Source: Oopsacas minuta
Taxonomy: Eukaryota; Animalia; Porifera
Direction of reading: 5' to 3'
NCBI GenBank assembly: GCA_024704765.1
Contig: JAKMXF010000304.1
Coordinates: 344,322 to 408,321, forward strand
Length of the DNA stretch: 64,000 nucleotides
Shown here: in pieces, positions 11,911 through 25,329 of the stretch
How positions within the stretch are numbered: position 1 is the stretch's first letter
How the letters are laid out: every line of letters begins with the position of its first letter
Program-made: the position numbers and the translations under genes
Notes under the pieces: generated by a model
Database searches by the model: none
Seen by the model: only the letters and a program-made list of their open reading frames with translations
Told to the model about the DNA's origin: nothing

Positions 11911-13790
11911 TGCCAATGGTAGTGATATAATCCCTTCTTGAAGAAAAAAGTTTTGGAATATCAAGTTTTGACACCAAATTCAAAATCACACTGGATAGTA
12001 ATAATGTAATGGAAAAACTTTTCAAGACAGTTTCGATATCTACGTAAAACTCTGTGCTAACCTGTAAATTTCGTAAGGTCTGTATTTTTTGGCCGGGATC
12101 ACGAGTGTAGGGTTCATCTAAATATGTCAATTTTAGTCAATATGTTGAGCCTTCTTGTGAACTATCGTGTTCTCTAGAGGGGAAGTCATGAGCAGTTTCC
12201 TCGTTCATTATTTGAATCCGGTTATTTCCAATGACTTCTGCAAGAATCTTTTACACCTACTTAGGTGTGCCTATTTCTCTACTCGTTCATCTGCTTCCAG
12301 TTGGATTGATTTCTAACGAGGCGTGTTGTCTTGTCAACGCCTGGGTAGCCTTCACAATGTACTAAAGAATAATAATTTGTCTCATATCCCGGGTACCACA
12401 ACTTTAATTCCCTGCAAATCAAATTCTTCCACATAACTATTCCTAATTGGCACTGAATTGGCACTGAGAAATTTCATTCGTATCCTCAAATTGGTTAATT
12501 GCAGATGGCGCGATAATATCTTCCCTTTGACTGGCTTATATTCTACTTCGCATGTCTGGCTCGCACTGAATTTGGTACATGCGCCTTTCGAAATATTCGG
12601 CTTGTTGTTTACTTTCCAATCGATCTCGCTGTAAGTCATAGGCAGGAAATCCGCTTTGTGATTATCCATTCCTTTAGCATGTTCAATTTCTTAACCCAAT
12701 ACCTCCTATTCCTGTAACCATAGTGTAAACTTTCCGCGCGGGTCTTTCTGCCCACGTAACCAGACTAGAAGTATATGGTCCGAGATGAAACGGGCTCTTC
12801 GAGCTGCTACAAATACTTCTGAATTTTCTACTAACCGCGATTTGTTCCAACATTCGAGCTCCCCTGACGAAAGATATTCTATAAGTCTAAATATGCCCGT
12901 TTTGTCCGCTTGGTATCTTATCGCTCCGACGGTTGTAGCTGAAGCATCTACCTATGGCACGTACTCTGAATTCAAATTGAGGAAGTCGATGGTCACCGGT
13001 GGTTAAATCAGTATATCGTTAATTCCCTGAAAAGCTCTCTCATCAGCGGCCCAAGTCCATTCGACAGAATCTCGTGTTAGACGGTACAATGACTCGGATT
13101 TTATTTGGAAGCATTTCCTTTACTTGGTGCATCATTTCATTTTCGACTGAAGGCGCCACTAGCTGGGTGGATCTTCTGTTTTATAGGTTGAGCATTTCTA
13201 GTAGTATTTATCATATGTAAATTCCCTTTGCGCATAGGGGCTTTTCTGGTTGGTTGCATAGACCTCAATATATTCTAGCAAAAGCTTTCGCAGTGAGTTT
13301 TCCAATGCAAATTTTGTTAATCCAGCAATTGAATTATTCCGAATTTTGAAGGTGTATCTCTTCTCAGTTCTCAGGATACAAGTGCTTTGGGTTCCGAGTA
13401 GTATTTCTAAGTTATGTTCTACGATCTGGCCATCCGCGAGTTCCAACACTACATTCAATGTCCCAGTTACCTTGATTGACTCCTGACATTAATCGCATTT
13501 TGCACTTTCGAAGCGTTGTCTAATGCACATGCCAAGTTTTGGGGAGTCATAGCAATATACCTTAGGGGTTACCGGCTTGTTCATGTATGCGGGTACCAAC
13601 TGAATCGCCTTTCTTTGTCCTTCTTCCCTGTCGAGCATATGCTGAGCACATGCATAAAAAGATTCCGCCAATCCTCGATGCGATCACTATTCTGTAACGG
13701 TAGAATCGTAATCAGCGCTGTTATCCTCCACGATTGGTTTGGGAAAATTTCCGTTATATTGTGTTACGCCCTTGATCGGTGAACTATAAC
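11890..13790 (-). mobile_element. Ty3/Gypsy LTR retrotransposon internal relic (gag knuckle, RNase H, integrase pieces)
   Basis: VEWTWAADERAFREL, VDASATTVGAI, DHILLVWLRGQKDPRGKFTLWLQE, EIEHAKGMDNHKADFL (RNase H), GYPGVDKTTRLVR (integrase Zn finger); many stops and deletions; no LTR seen. Confidence 0.8.
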
Positions 13791-15589
13791 TACTAACAAA
13801 TAACATAATTGTGGTGAACTAACTGGAGTTGGATAACTCATAATACATATAACTCCTTCAGATTAATTCAAAACGAATTTTTATTTTCGATATTCCCAAT
13901 CTTTACGGATTTCTCGGATTTCGCACTTCGATATGTTTAGAAGTGTGTTCAACTGACGACTCAAACTACACCAAATCTTTCAATGAAATTTTCCCTACAA
14001 CGTAGGAAAGTCTCAGGATATGGCAACATTCCATTCTCCAAATTTATCCTTACCCTATTGAGGAACCGATTGTTCGACGCTGGTTTCTTTTGATTGGCAA
14101 TTCTAAATTCGAGGATAATAATATATTGATACAGTTTACCCCAATAAAGGTATTCTGATATTTAACAATTCACAAAAACCACATTTGTGAAAAATTTGAG
14201 ACCTAAGAGACTCCAACTGTTACGTGATTGCCAAATATGTAAAAAATATGTTCGATCTTTGAAATCAACAACGTCAATTATTTTTTATCTATGTTCTAAG
14301 TGTTTATTTATCCTAGATGCTCTAAAACCGTTTCTGTGCCTTATCCAAAATTTCTCATTATACAGTCAATCGACCAATTTTTCACAGATCATTTCTTGCT
14401 ATTTGTACTGATACCCTAAATGTCCATACAGATCTATCGTCAACAACTCTGTTTTTCCATCTTAAAGTGCAACTCTAATAGACAGTTTGAAGACATTTAT
14501 ATTCATATAACGCCTTCAGTTTGAACCGATACGGGTTGTTCGATATTCGTTATCTGCTAAAATATAACTTCTTTTGGGTAGTGACTCCAAAATTTCTAGA
14601 TATTTTCCCTAGAAATACAAGGGGCTTCTTTCACTAAAATTCTTATCTTAATCTTAAACTTACTTAACAGAATACTTCCGGGAATTATGTGATGTATTTC
14701 GCCAATTATGTGCTCAAATCTCGTTCTGTGGCGGAAATTAGTTGGTACCATTTGGGACAATTTACATGTTCCTTTCATTTCGAATATAAATTTCAGCCGT
14801 AATCTAGTATAGTAGAGTAATTTTGAATTTCCCTTTATCATGACGTGTTCATTTTGGGCCGCATTTGCGGTAGTTGCCACAACAAGGAGATAGACTCCTC
14901 CAAGGCCGTCCACTTGTCAATGTTAGAGAGCTTCGCCCTATCAGTTTGATGGAAATGGGTTCCCAAATCAAAAATTGAAAAGTATATTCTACTTATGGCT
15001 AATTTATTCGAAAAAATCCTAGTAATGTACCAGAAATTGTTTAATTATCTTTGAATAATATACAGACAATATTCTATTTCCAAAAATTGTGAAAAATACC
15101 AGCATAATGCCTGTATTTTTCAATGACAAATATCAACAATGAATTGCGAGTATAATTTTAACACCATGTGAATTTGTGGTTTTTAGACAAATCTGGCAGA
15201 GGCCGATTTCAAATTTAAATTTTATTGGATAAACATATCAGAGAATTCGTGCCTGCATTTTCTTTTAACAGAATCCCAGCGGGATAATTGTGATTCTTGA
15301 CTTCAAAAAGGTGCTCAAATCGTTTTTTGGGCATGTAATGGTTTATTCGAGGTATTAAAATTTTGCTACTCTTGTCATTACGAACATAAATATTGACTCG
15401 TAATTGGTTAAACTAAAGTCGAAACTCAGTAAAAACCTACTTTCTTATTAGATATCATTCTATTACTCGTACTTTTCCAATACTTGGTTATTTCTTAGTT
15501 TCTGCTTAGTTTTTTATTCAAACTAAGTAAAACTTACTATTTATTAATTTTTAGCAATTTACTTATCCCTTAACCGAAGCAGTACAGGA

Positions 15590-16800
15590 TAACTTGAATT
15601 ATATTTTTGCAGCTACGCTATAAAATTTGTATATTCCCTAGTGGAGAGATCTTATATCAAATTTAATTCAACTGCCACCCAACTAGCTATGTGGTATCAC
15701 ATTTTTGGCAACCAGTTCATTTCAAACTGTTATCGCAACTGACCATTGTATATCTCAGCCGAATGTATCTAAGTGCATCACAGCCCTTGTACATGTAATT
15801 CCAATGTGGCTAAAAATACTATATTATTTCCTAATGAGCCTAGTCAAATCCAACAAGAAAAGTCTTTTACAGAAGCGCGAAATTCATCCTGTGCTGAGAT
15901 GATCAAGATGGTGCTTATGTCCTATTGTGGTACCTTAAATTAATGAAGATATTATTGTAAATCGTAAGAATACATATTGGATATGTTTTCAAGCCATCTG
16001 TGTAGAGAACTGAAAATCATTGATGTTTCAATTTGGTTCGGTGGCACACGTGATGCATTTATGTGGCGAATATCAAGGATTATTTAGAAAATTCTGCTGA
16101 GATTTCCAAATTATGAATGGATGGTTTCTTGGAGATAACTGGTGTCCTTTCCGTCCTAATTTACTCACTCCAATATTGTCTCCTGAAACCCTCTGCGTGA
16201 GGGGATATACCAGTGTATTCCTGAAATCCGTAAACGAATGCGTATTTGGTCTTTGGAAAAGTCGATGGAGATCTATGGGCATGACTGGAGGATCGCTATG
16301 TTTCTGTCCTAAAAGGGTAGGTCGACAACTTGTAGCTGCGATGGCTTTGCATAATATTTGTATCCAACATGGGTTTGCAATTGGAAATGGAATTGAAGAG
16401 GGTTAAGTGACCTTACCATTTAATCCTAGTCTATATTCATTTCTTCAATTTCTTAATAATAATAATTTTGTTAATACTACTTTAGGGTTGTAATACATGA
16501 ATTAAATACATTTAGTTGTAGTAGACTATTGAATGTACTTATCCTTGGGTCATATTCGCGAAAATAAACAATTCTCTGTTTTATGGGGTATTATTATTTA
16601 ATATTCGTATTGTCTTTTGGAAAGAAACACAATCCTAAACTACTACATTGGTCATGCAGAATTTGATCATTTCCTGAAGTGGAGGAAATACTGTTGCTGA
16701 GTATATCCTTGCTGCAAATGACTGGGTTGTTGTAAAGGAGGAGGCTGAGTATTTACATTCGAGAGTAGCTGCTGGACATTCTAGTCTGAACCACCAATTC
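15590..16800 (+). mobile_element. PIF/Harbinger (HARBI1-like) transposase relic, with a possible convergent second ORF remnant
   Basis: FQTVIATDHCISQPNVSKCI; GWFLGDNWCPFRPNLLTP; ECVFGLWKSRWR; ALHNICI; a Q/P-rich remnant on the minus strand at ~16640-16780. Confidence 0.8.
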
Positions 16801-19800
16801 TAATTTTTGACAATTTTATCCATTTTGTTGTTTATTTTCCAAGCTAAATCCCTCAAATTTCGAATTTATGCTATTAACTGGTTCAAAGTCGCAATTATTC
16901 TTCGTTTTTGTATTTTAGAATATTTTCCGAATAAATTCTCCCGTTTAAGAGGATATCTCGTTATCTGAATTCTGATTAAGTGGGCGGTTTCACCGTAGTA
17001 TAAATATACCGAAGGAATTTGTATGTACTTCGTCTAAGGAAAGGTTGCTACGCGACTAGATACACACAACACTTCTTGTCACGAGTTTATAATGAGCGGA
17101 AATTCAATTTTTTTGTACTCCATGGTCGAAGCAAATTTCTTTTAAAGACCTTCTACTATTACGCTGGAGCTACCATGCAGCTTTTGGTTAGAATTCTGGG
17201 CATTTCTTGCCTCTTGTATTAAGGGAATTCTCAGAATTCTAAATTTATCAGATTTTTATTTTTTTCGAGCACTACCCTGATGTTGTTTTTTGAATATACC
17301 AATTTGTAGAAAATGTTATTCTCAGAAACCCAAAAGTGTTTTACCCAAAGTTGCTCATAACTGATTATTCAAGATAATTTCTATAGAATTCGAAGATTAT
17401 AGAAGCCTATTTTCCTCTAATGTATGCCCCACTCCCCCTTATGATGTCCCCCATTTATAGAAGCCCCACTTGTTGAGGTTGCACTGCATATAATTTCTTC
17501 ATTTACAATTGGAGAACTACTTTTTGGTGCAAAATATCTGTTGCAAATTCTGCCCAATATAATTTACGTCTCCAAAAATTCTAGATTGAGCGTATAATAC
17601 CTATTATACTAATCCTTCTTCATTAAGAGAAGTATTAAACAATTTATAGTATAATCAAATTTCCATGCACTAAATTGATTTATTTAATAATTTGGATAGT
17701 GGTCCCATGTTTCAATAAATGTAGTTTTGTGTAAATGATCTGGCTGAGTGTTTATATTATTTTAGAGAAGAACAAAGCCTAGGTGCTATAGCCTGTTCAC
17801 CTCTCCTATTTTCCTGTACCATGGATTAATTCAAGTCTATTATATTGGTAGGCACTCTTTATATCTTTAGAATATCAAATTTGTGCATTATGGCTCTAAT
17901 ATATGTAATATTGATTGAATATAATCAACACAAGCCATGTCATCCAACTGTCCCACTTCGAAATGACGTTATCTCTTTGATTAAAAGGGCTATTTACTGA
18001 AATCAGAGCTTTCAAAATGGTTTCACCTTAAAAACATATGACGACATTTCAAACTGGTATTAGTTGGATTACATGGCTTATTTAAATTATTCATTATTAC
18101 TAGTACAATTGTTCTACCCAAAATTCACCAAATTGATATTATCAATGAAAATTAGAATTGCCTACTATATAGTTAAGGAACAATATTTTTCAACCACAAA
18201 AGATTTTTTCTCTAGTAAATTTGTGATATATTGATTACATGGTCATTTTTTACCAAATATCTAAATCGATTGTACAAAAATCAAAGAATTGTCTTCGGAT
18301 AGTGAACTGTGGTGAATTTTGGAATTCTATTCTGTGTTATTTCCATTTAGTAGATAATGAGCAAGTTCCATATTGGACCCCTCCTATCTAAAATATATTG
18401 TCTTTTGTGAAATCTGCTCAATTATAAGTATCTACAGAATGGACACTTTTCAGCTGAGTTTTTATCTTTATTTATTTGGTGCCACCTTTTCCATAAGGAG
18501 CAGAGACTCATGAAGATTCATGGAAATTATTATAACATGAGTTTAAAGACAAGCTCTGACGATGCTCTGACAGTGTTTTTTGATTATATCCATTTGTTCA
18601 TCTATGTCTCCAACTTGTGGCACCAAGTTCATATAGAGCATAACTCATCAGAAGAATGTTTAGAAAAACGTGATCCAGGTTAGATTCTATTTATGTAGTC
18701 AGTTGTCACTTAAAGACAATATTTTTGTAGATGTGAGGTTTCAAATCATTAATTTGCTTATCTAACTAGTTAAATTTACCTCATAGAATTCCTAAAACTT
18801 TTGACACTTGAATATTTTATTTCAGATATTGAGTAGTAACTGAACATGCAATCAACGAATACAATGATTAGTATATATGATAAAACTATGAATTCTTTTG
18901 TTATTTGATAGTGCACATGGTCTCACAACTGAATATTGATTTTGGACCAAGCATACTGATCTCGACCGACCTTAGTTTAATTCATATGCTAGAGATCACT
19001 ATTATTGTGAAAAATAACGTAATATATATGATAGAGATTTGTTTTACCGATTTTTATGTGTCTTTCGGCTTGTTTTTAACTTTTGCACAATCACCCCCAT
19101 CAATTGTAAATATTTTCCTGGGCATATATAATTGGTCTAAATTTTTATTGAACTTGAAATCTTACGCTTTCTTGATTAATATCTGCATGTATTTCTGTAC
19201 ATACCTTGTTCAGTCGCTATTTGCCTCCCGGCATACGACAATTGATGAACAATTTCCGGTATTTACGATGCAAGACAAGCCATATGAACTCAGAAATTCT
19301 GTGTTTTGGGCTCTTCCTCGTGGATATGTTCGAACTCCAGACTGTTTACTTGTAATTGTGTTCCAAGCAATTCATTGAAGAAGACAGTGATTATACCAAT
19401 AGAGTACCCTAGAGATGGCATTTGTTGTGAGCCACTAGCAGGTATTTTAACCTGAGGAGGGTGTAGTGCCGTCTATTTAAGCTAAGTGCCCAGTTGACTA
19501 TTCCGCACAGTCCATCACGAAAGGCGAGGTGTCTAATCCCCTCTCCAAAGCTATGAATCTCAGTTTGATGTCATTATTGAAGAGAACACGAAATTTCTGA
19601 TTACCAGATTCCAGGATTACCAGCTAAGTTACCATTTCTTTCTACGCATTTCTAAAACTTTGGCATCTTAGTCTATATACCCTGATATTTTTGCGCCACA
19701 CTACCCAGATAGGAACTAAAGTTTAACTTCGTTTATATGAATACTGTTAATACGAATTTCTAGACAAAACGAACAAATATTTACACAAATCAGGTTCCTA

Positions 19801-20322
19801 CCATTTTTGTTCAATAGTTAATACTCCGCAGTTAATACGAATTCTGGATTAGGCCACATTTTGATCGTCCATTGGTGTTCGCATTAACGAAGTTTCACTG
19901 TATAGACATATTTTACCAGGTGATAACCGAGGGAGCGGTTCTAAGCCAAACCTTTATTATTATTTGGCGTAATCACGAGTTCCCATCCTACTAGTTCCAG
20001 ATAATATCCATGATAAGTCAGATTACGAATTGCCCATTGTTCAGAAAGTTATAGACTACAATGTAGTTGTGTGAGCTTCTAAATATATATCCTGGTTCGG
20101 GCGGCGGTATGTTTGTAATATCCTGACCTAATTTTGTTACTTAAATATGAATTCACACACTTCTCATATCACCTATTAGGCTGTTACATGAACACAAACA
20201 CATTTAGTAGATGCCTTGTCTGTCTGTCTCTCATTTCAATAATTTGGAGAAAGTGTATTCGTCAATTGCACTTGAAATTCATTTCTGAGTACTTAACTTC
20301 AACATATGTTATTATCTTAGTG

Positions 20323-20429
20323 CAGTGGTTCTCAACATATTTTCTCCCGCGGGACCCCTTTTTGTCAAATTTATTGGGGCGGGCTGGCCTGTGGGCCCCT
20401 AGAAGCGGACCCAGGTTTGGTAACCACTA
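20323..20429. mobile_element. Small hAT MITE
   Basis: CAGTGGTTCTCAAC...GTTTGGTAACCACTA termini; flanks TCTTAGTG / TCCTAATA resemble a decayed 8-bp TSD. Confidence 0.65.
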
Positions 20430-21279
20430 TCCTAATACATGGGATACAGTGAAAACCTCCTATTAACAATTCTTCTAATAGCAAAATCCGCCTATTAGCA
20501 ACTATGGGTGTCGTACACAGTGTGGCATAGAGTCATCATTACAATTCATTTCTTTAATAATACAAGGGAGCGAGTCGCTAGTAATAATTATCTCATTTGT
20601 TTTCAATTTATATTGAAAGGTCCATAATCAACTTAAGCCAATGTTTTCATGTTCATTGTTGTGCATATTAACTATCCGTAACCCATTAGTAATAACATTA
20701 CGTTAATATGTTTTATTCTCTCATAAGTCAAATTCATGAAATCCATGGATTCCTAGATTGTTGGCGAGTATTTCTAGTAAAGCTAACAATGAGAAATTCT
20801 TTATATACACTTCCAACTTTCTTTCTTTTCGATACACAATGTGTTTAAGTTTAGAAGAACCGTATAGGTGTATACAATATTTAACAATCAATTTGGCTCA
20901 GTGATTATTTTCAATTGTTAATTCGCTTGAATTTTTATGTGAATATGCTTTAATCCTAACTAAACCGTGTTTTATCAGTTGAATCGAAAATTAATCTATC
21001 GCTTTAAATTTATCAGAATGCGCAATAAGCAAATTCTAGTCTTATGTTTGGAATGTATTCTTTCAAAGTCTTTTAAGTTCTGATCTGAAATAGACTTAGT
21101 ATGCCGTGAGAATGACATGTTTGTTGCATTGATATGAAAAATTTTACTACTGGCCACTTGAACCATTTTAGCGAGTTTCAATTGACAAATATGCTTAGCA
21201 TCCAACAATTAATGATTGGTATATATTTAGCTAATTTCATAACTACTGATCGGCCCACGCCATGATGCTTATATAGAAT

Positions 21280-22130
21280 GACTGACGTGTAAATTTATTT
21301 CATATTTTCGAAATAGTCCGCTTTGCCACGAATTCACTCTTTTAATGTGTCTATCTAACACTGAAATGTGTTTTGTACTCTTGTGGGATGGACTTCATGT
21401 ATTTATTGATCGCTAATCCGATCTCCAAACGACAACTCTTTCCCAATATGTGACTTATCAGCTTTGAAAATAGCCAAAGGTCACAAGCACATAGGTCAGG
21501 AATAGGGGGGTGATCAAGAGTTTCATCTTCATATCACTTAGAACTTCGCCAACCTGCTTAGACTTGTGGCTTATCATGCAAAAGCTTGATTCCAAGTGGA
21601 CCAGTTCTCGCTCAACACTCTAATTAGTGCTTTTTAACATCTGTGATACTTGAGTACAGTAAAGTTTCCAATAACATATTTCCCCTTTGGGACGAAAACT
21701 TGAGCCACTGCACCATATGCATCAAATGCAATAGCATACATCACTTGGCCCGGAAATATGGACTGAGTTTTTAGCGTGGCTCATCAAGATAAAGCCAACC
21801 TTAGATTTCTACTTGGGCTGAGAATAATATATCCAAGTTTCATCTATGGTCACTCTCTGGTGTAGTCTACCTACATCACATTTTTCATTTGGGTCTCTGG
21901 AATCGAATACGACACCCATCTATCAGACTTTCCGAATTCTGAAGTCTTATTTCAGTATACGATAAATACTTCCCGTGAGACCTCAGTATACATACTTATC
22001 TCCTCTATAGAGCGGCAGCGATCGTTGCAAATAAATTCACGAGCCAACTCGACTGAGACTTCACCTTTAGCAGATATAGGCCGACCTATCAGAGGCTTAA
22101 CTTCAATGTTTCTCTACACTCTCTAAATAG
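21280..22130 (-). mobile_element. Mariner (DD34D-type) transposase relic
   Basis: GRP...ELAREFICNDRCRSIEEI, VTIDETW, IKLLHD, DLCACDLWLFSKL, KADYFENMK* in order. Confidence 0.8.
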
Positions 22131-22487
22131 TTTTGCCCACCTTCTGAATGGTGGAATTGGAAAGGGCTTAATCCCACAAATAATACAGGGTGATTATGGC
22201 TGAAGGTAATTCGGCCTAAAGAAATTTGTGAATTCAGCTCTAGAAAAATCAAAGAAATCCTTACTTTATTTGGAATTATTTTGAACACTTGACTAGATTC
22301 GGGAAAATCTTTCAGCATGGACTCTATAGGTTGATTTTCAAATTGCAAACATCTTCCATCTTGTCAATTACATAAAATATCACATCATTTACCTTTCAGA
22401 AAATCGTAGCAACTATTATCATACTTTGGAATGTAAATTGGTTGATCACTTGCTTACATCAAGTGCTTTTTATATTTGATGTATATA

Positions 22488-22584
22488 CAGTCGACTCGGG
22501 TTAATCGGACAACTTTTGTCCAGAGTAAAGTGGTCCGATTATCCGGAGTGTCCGATTAACCGAAAAATCTTATTATCAATAATT
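22488..22584. mobile_element. Left end of a Tigger-like MITE interrupted by the Chapaev3 element
   Basis: TA|CAGTCGACTCGGGTTAATCGGAC terminus with GTCCGATTA repeats. Confidence 0.55.
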
Positions 22585-24822
22585 CACTGTCCAACAAATT
22601 TTTAGCATTTTTTGCTTCTGGAATACACTGTAGTGTTTCTCATGTATTCAAACACCCTGATTCCAAATATCCAATCAGTTTTTCTCTATCAGGCAACGAT
22701 TTTGAAAAATTCAATATTTTGGTTTTATCATTGTTCCAGTGTATTCCTATAAATATATCTCTTTAGTTTGGCTAATCAAATGCATACTTATGATTAAATT
22801 ACAATGAAAATTGTCAATTGGTTTAGCATTTATTATACTAATTTAGAAATGCTTGGAATATGATTTTCTTTTGTATGTGGCATCAGGAATATCTCTTTTT
22901 AGTGACCAACAATAATCAGCCATCATGTTTGGAGAGAATTTTCCATTGTAACGACTTTCCATTGTGCTTGCACTTGATGAAATCTTTCACCATGTTGATC
23001 ACTCACAGCACCTAGATTTTCCGGAAAGAATTGCAAATGTGAGTGAAGAAAGTGTATTTTTAGAGACATATTACATCCCATTGTTCTGAATGCATCAAGC
23101 AGTGTCACAACAATTTCTTCATAAATTGGTGATTTCTTAGTTCCTAAAAAGTTCTCATTTAAAGATTTGAATGAATTCCATGCTGCTTCTCGACAGAATT
23201 TAGACATGCTTCAAAGTTTAGATCCTTGAATAGTTCTCTAATTTGGGGACCTATATATATCCCTTCCTTGATTTTAGCATCGCTGACCTTTGGAAATTTG
23301 TCCTTGAGGTATTTGAAACCTTCTCCTTCTTCATTATATTTTACTATCGCCTTTACAAAGTTTTTTATCAAACCCAGTTTTATGTGTAGAGGTGGTAATA
23401 TAATTTTCTCAGGATTTACTAAGGACTGACAACTTGCACTCTTTGTACCAGCAGTTAATTGATGTCGTAGTGGCCACTCCTTAACTATATAGTGGGATTG
23501 CCTTGCTCTACTATCCCACTACAGAGGAAGTAACAATATTTCGTGTTTCTAGGTTGCATACCTAACAAAAGTCCAATTACCTTCAGATCACCACAGATGT
23601 GCCAATTGTAAGAGTCATATCTGATCAGTTTCAATAAGTTATCCATATTCTCATGAGACTCCTTCATGTGTACTGAATGACCTATCGGTATGGATGGTAA
23701 TACATTACCTTTGTGAAGTAAGACTGCCTTGAGGCTGTTTCTTAGAAGAATCAATAAAGAGACGCCATTCTGATGGTTCGTGTTGAACACCTAATAACTC
23801 CATCACACGATCCACATTGTTACAATAACATAAAGACCCCCTGCATTTCAAAATGTACAGAGAAATCACTTTGACGGGTCCTGAAAAATCAAACTTTAGT
23901 TTCCTCATCCAATAAGTTCCAACCTTTCAATCTTGACCCAAGCAATTCACTTTGATCCTTTGTCAAATTCAAGTCCCTAACCAAATCATTCAGCTCACTT
24001 TGATTAATGATGTGGGGAAGTCTTGTTTTATCAGGTGGCATAGGCGGAGGTATAAATTCCTCATCATCTTGATCTAACATAGCATATTCAACAGTATCGT
24101 CATCAAAGGAAACTTTCTTAGGCTTAGGTACTTCGAATTCTGTAGAATGCTCAACAGGACGAATCGTAGATTGAAGATTGGGATAACATATATTATTTTT
24201 GGTCTTAGGAGTGATTCCTTTTATATCAGTCAAATAGAAATAACAATCAGTATAATGATCTCTTGGTTCCCTCCATATCATGGGAATAGCAAATTGCATT
24301 GAAGTACGTGAGCCATTTAGCCATTTACTAAGTCCTATTGCACATTTTGAGCAACAAAAATGAGGTGCCCAAGGCTTATCTTGATCACCAATCTTGCAAC
24401 CGAAATATTGCTCTTATCCTTTGTGTACAAGGGGAGACATGTCTCTTCGCTGAAATTTTGTAGTAAATTCTCCACAAATATAACAGAAAGAATAGGTTGG
24501 GTTTGAACATCGACGAGACATTATTGAAAAGAAATAAATACAAATACAATCAGATAATCTCCTCTTGAAAGAGCAAGTAATATTCTATATATTTTAAGAA
24601 AATTTGAATTGTTAGACAATATATGCGGAAGGTATTAATACATATACAATTATACATTCTATAAGATCTATGGAAAAATGATTTTGGAAATTCTGAATTT
24701 TACAAAATCTCTGCCTGATAGAGAAAAACTTATTGGATATTTGGAATCAGGGTACTTGAATACATAAGAAGCATTACCGTGTATTCCAGAAGCAAAAAAT
24801 GATGAAAATTTGTTGGACAGTG
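22585..24822 (-). mobile_element. Near full-length Chapaev3-type DNA transposon (frameshifted transposase, ATG ~24521 to ~22923)
   Basis: ~44-bp TIRs CACTGTCCAACAAATTT...GGAATACAC; TAA on the right, ATT on the left; protein FCYICGE, DQDKPWAPHFCC, IWREPRDHYTDCYF, ICGDLKVIGLLLGMQ, KNFVKA, GPQIRELF, KIHFLHSH, SDQHGERFHQ. Confidence 0.85.
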
Positions 24823-25329
24823 TAATCAATGTTTGGGATGACAACTTGAAATTGAAATTCAGGATTACTTGCTAATTTTCAATGAATTATCAGCTAATGT
24901 TTGAGGTACCTTGAGACAATTATAATAAGATACATATTTACATGATAAGTTCCCCATTTGAAATACAAAACACTGTTGCTGAAAAATTGACCTCTTGATA
25001 TAGTCCTTTGGTATTTCTATAAATATTATCTTATATTTCATTCATTCATAAACAAACACCTTAATTTTTATCACTTTCATCAAAAACTCTTTCACGACTC
25101 TATAAATCTTTCTCATTTGTAAATCTACAAATCCAAAAACTTGTACCAGTCTTATTGGCTTGTTGTTTATTTTCAATTTACAGTATATCCCGAATAGTAC
25201 ACCAGGACGATTATATATTTCGAGGATCCTTTAGAGGTGCGATTATTCGCAGGGGGCTACTTGTATTCGAGGAAGAAGATATCTGAATTCTGCCCTATAT
25301 ATCATAGTTCGTGTTATTTTCTTAACATT

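Noticed and set aside
14596-14913. VATTANAAQN as a PIF1/Helitron helicase motif Ia
   Set aside because: No Walker A upstream or DE motif downstream; another frame looks more protein-like
19213-19378. TIDEQF as a piggyBac catalytic motif
   Set aside because: The following residues do not fit the piggyBac pattern, and no TTAA-bounded TIRs were found
19452-19522. CTGAGGA...GAAA hammerhead-like core
   Set aside because: Stem II cannot pair properly next to the core (G-A mismatch at the second position)
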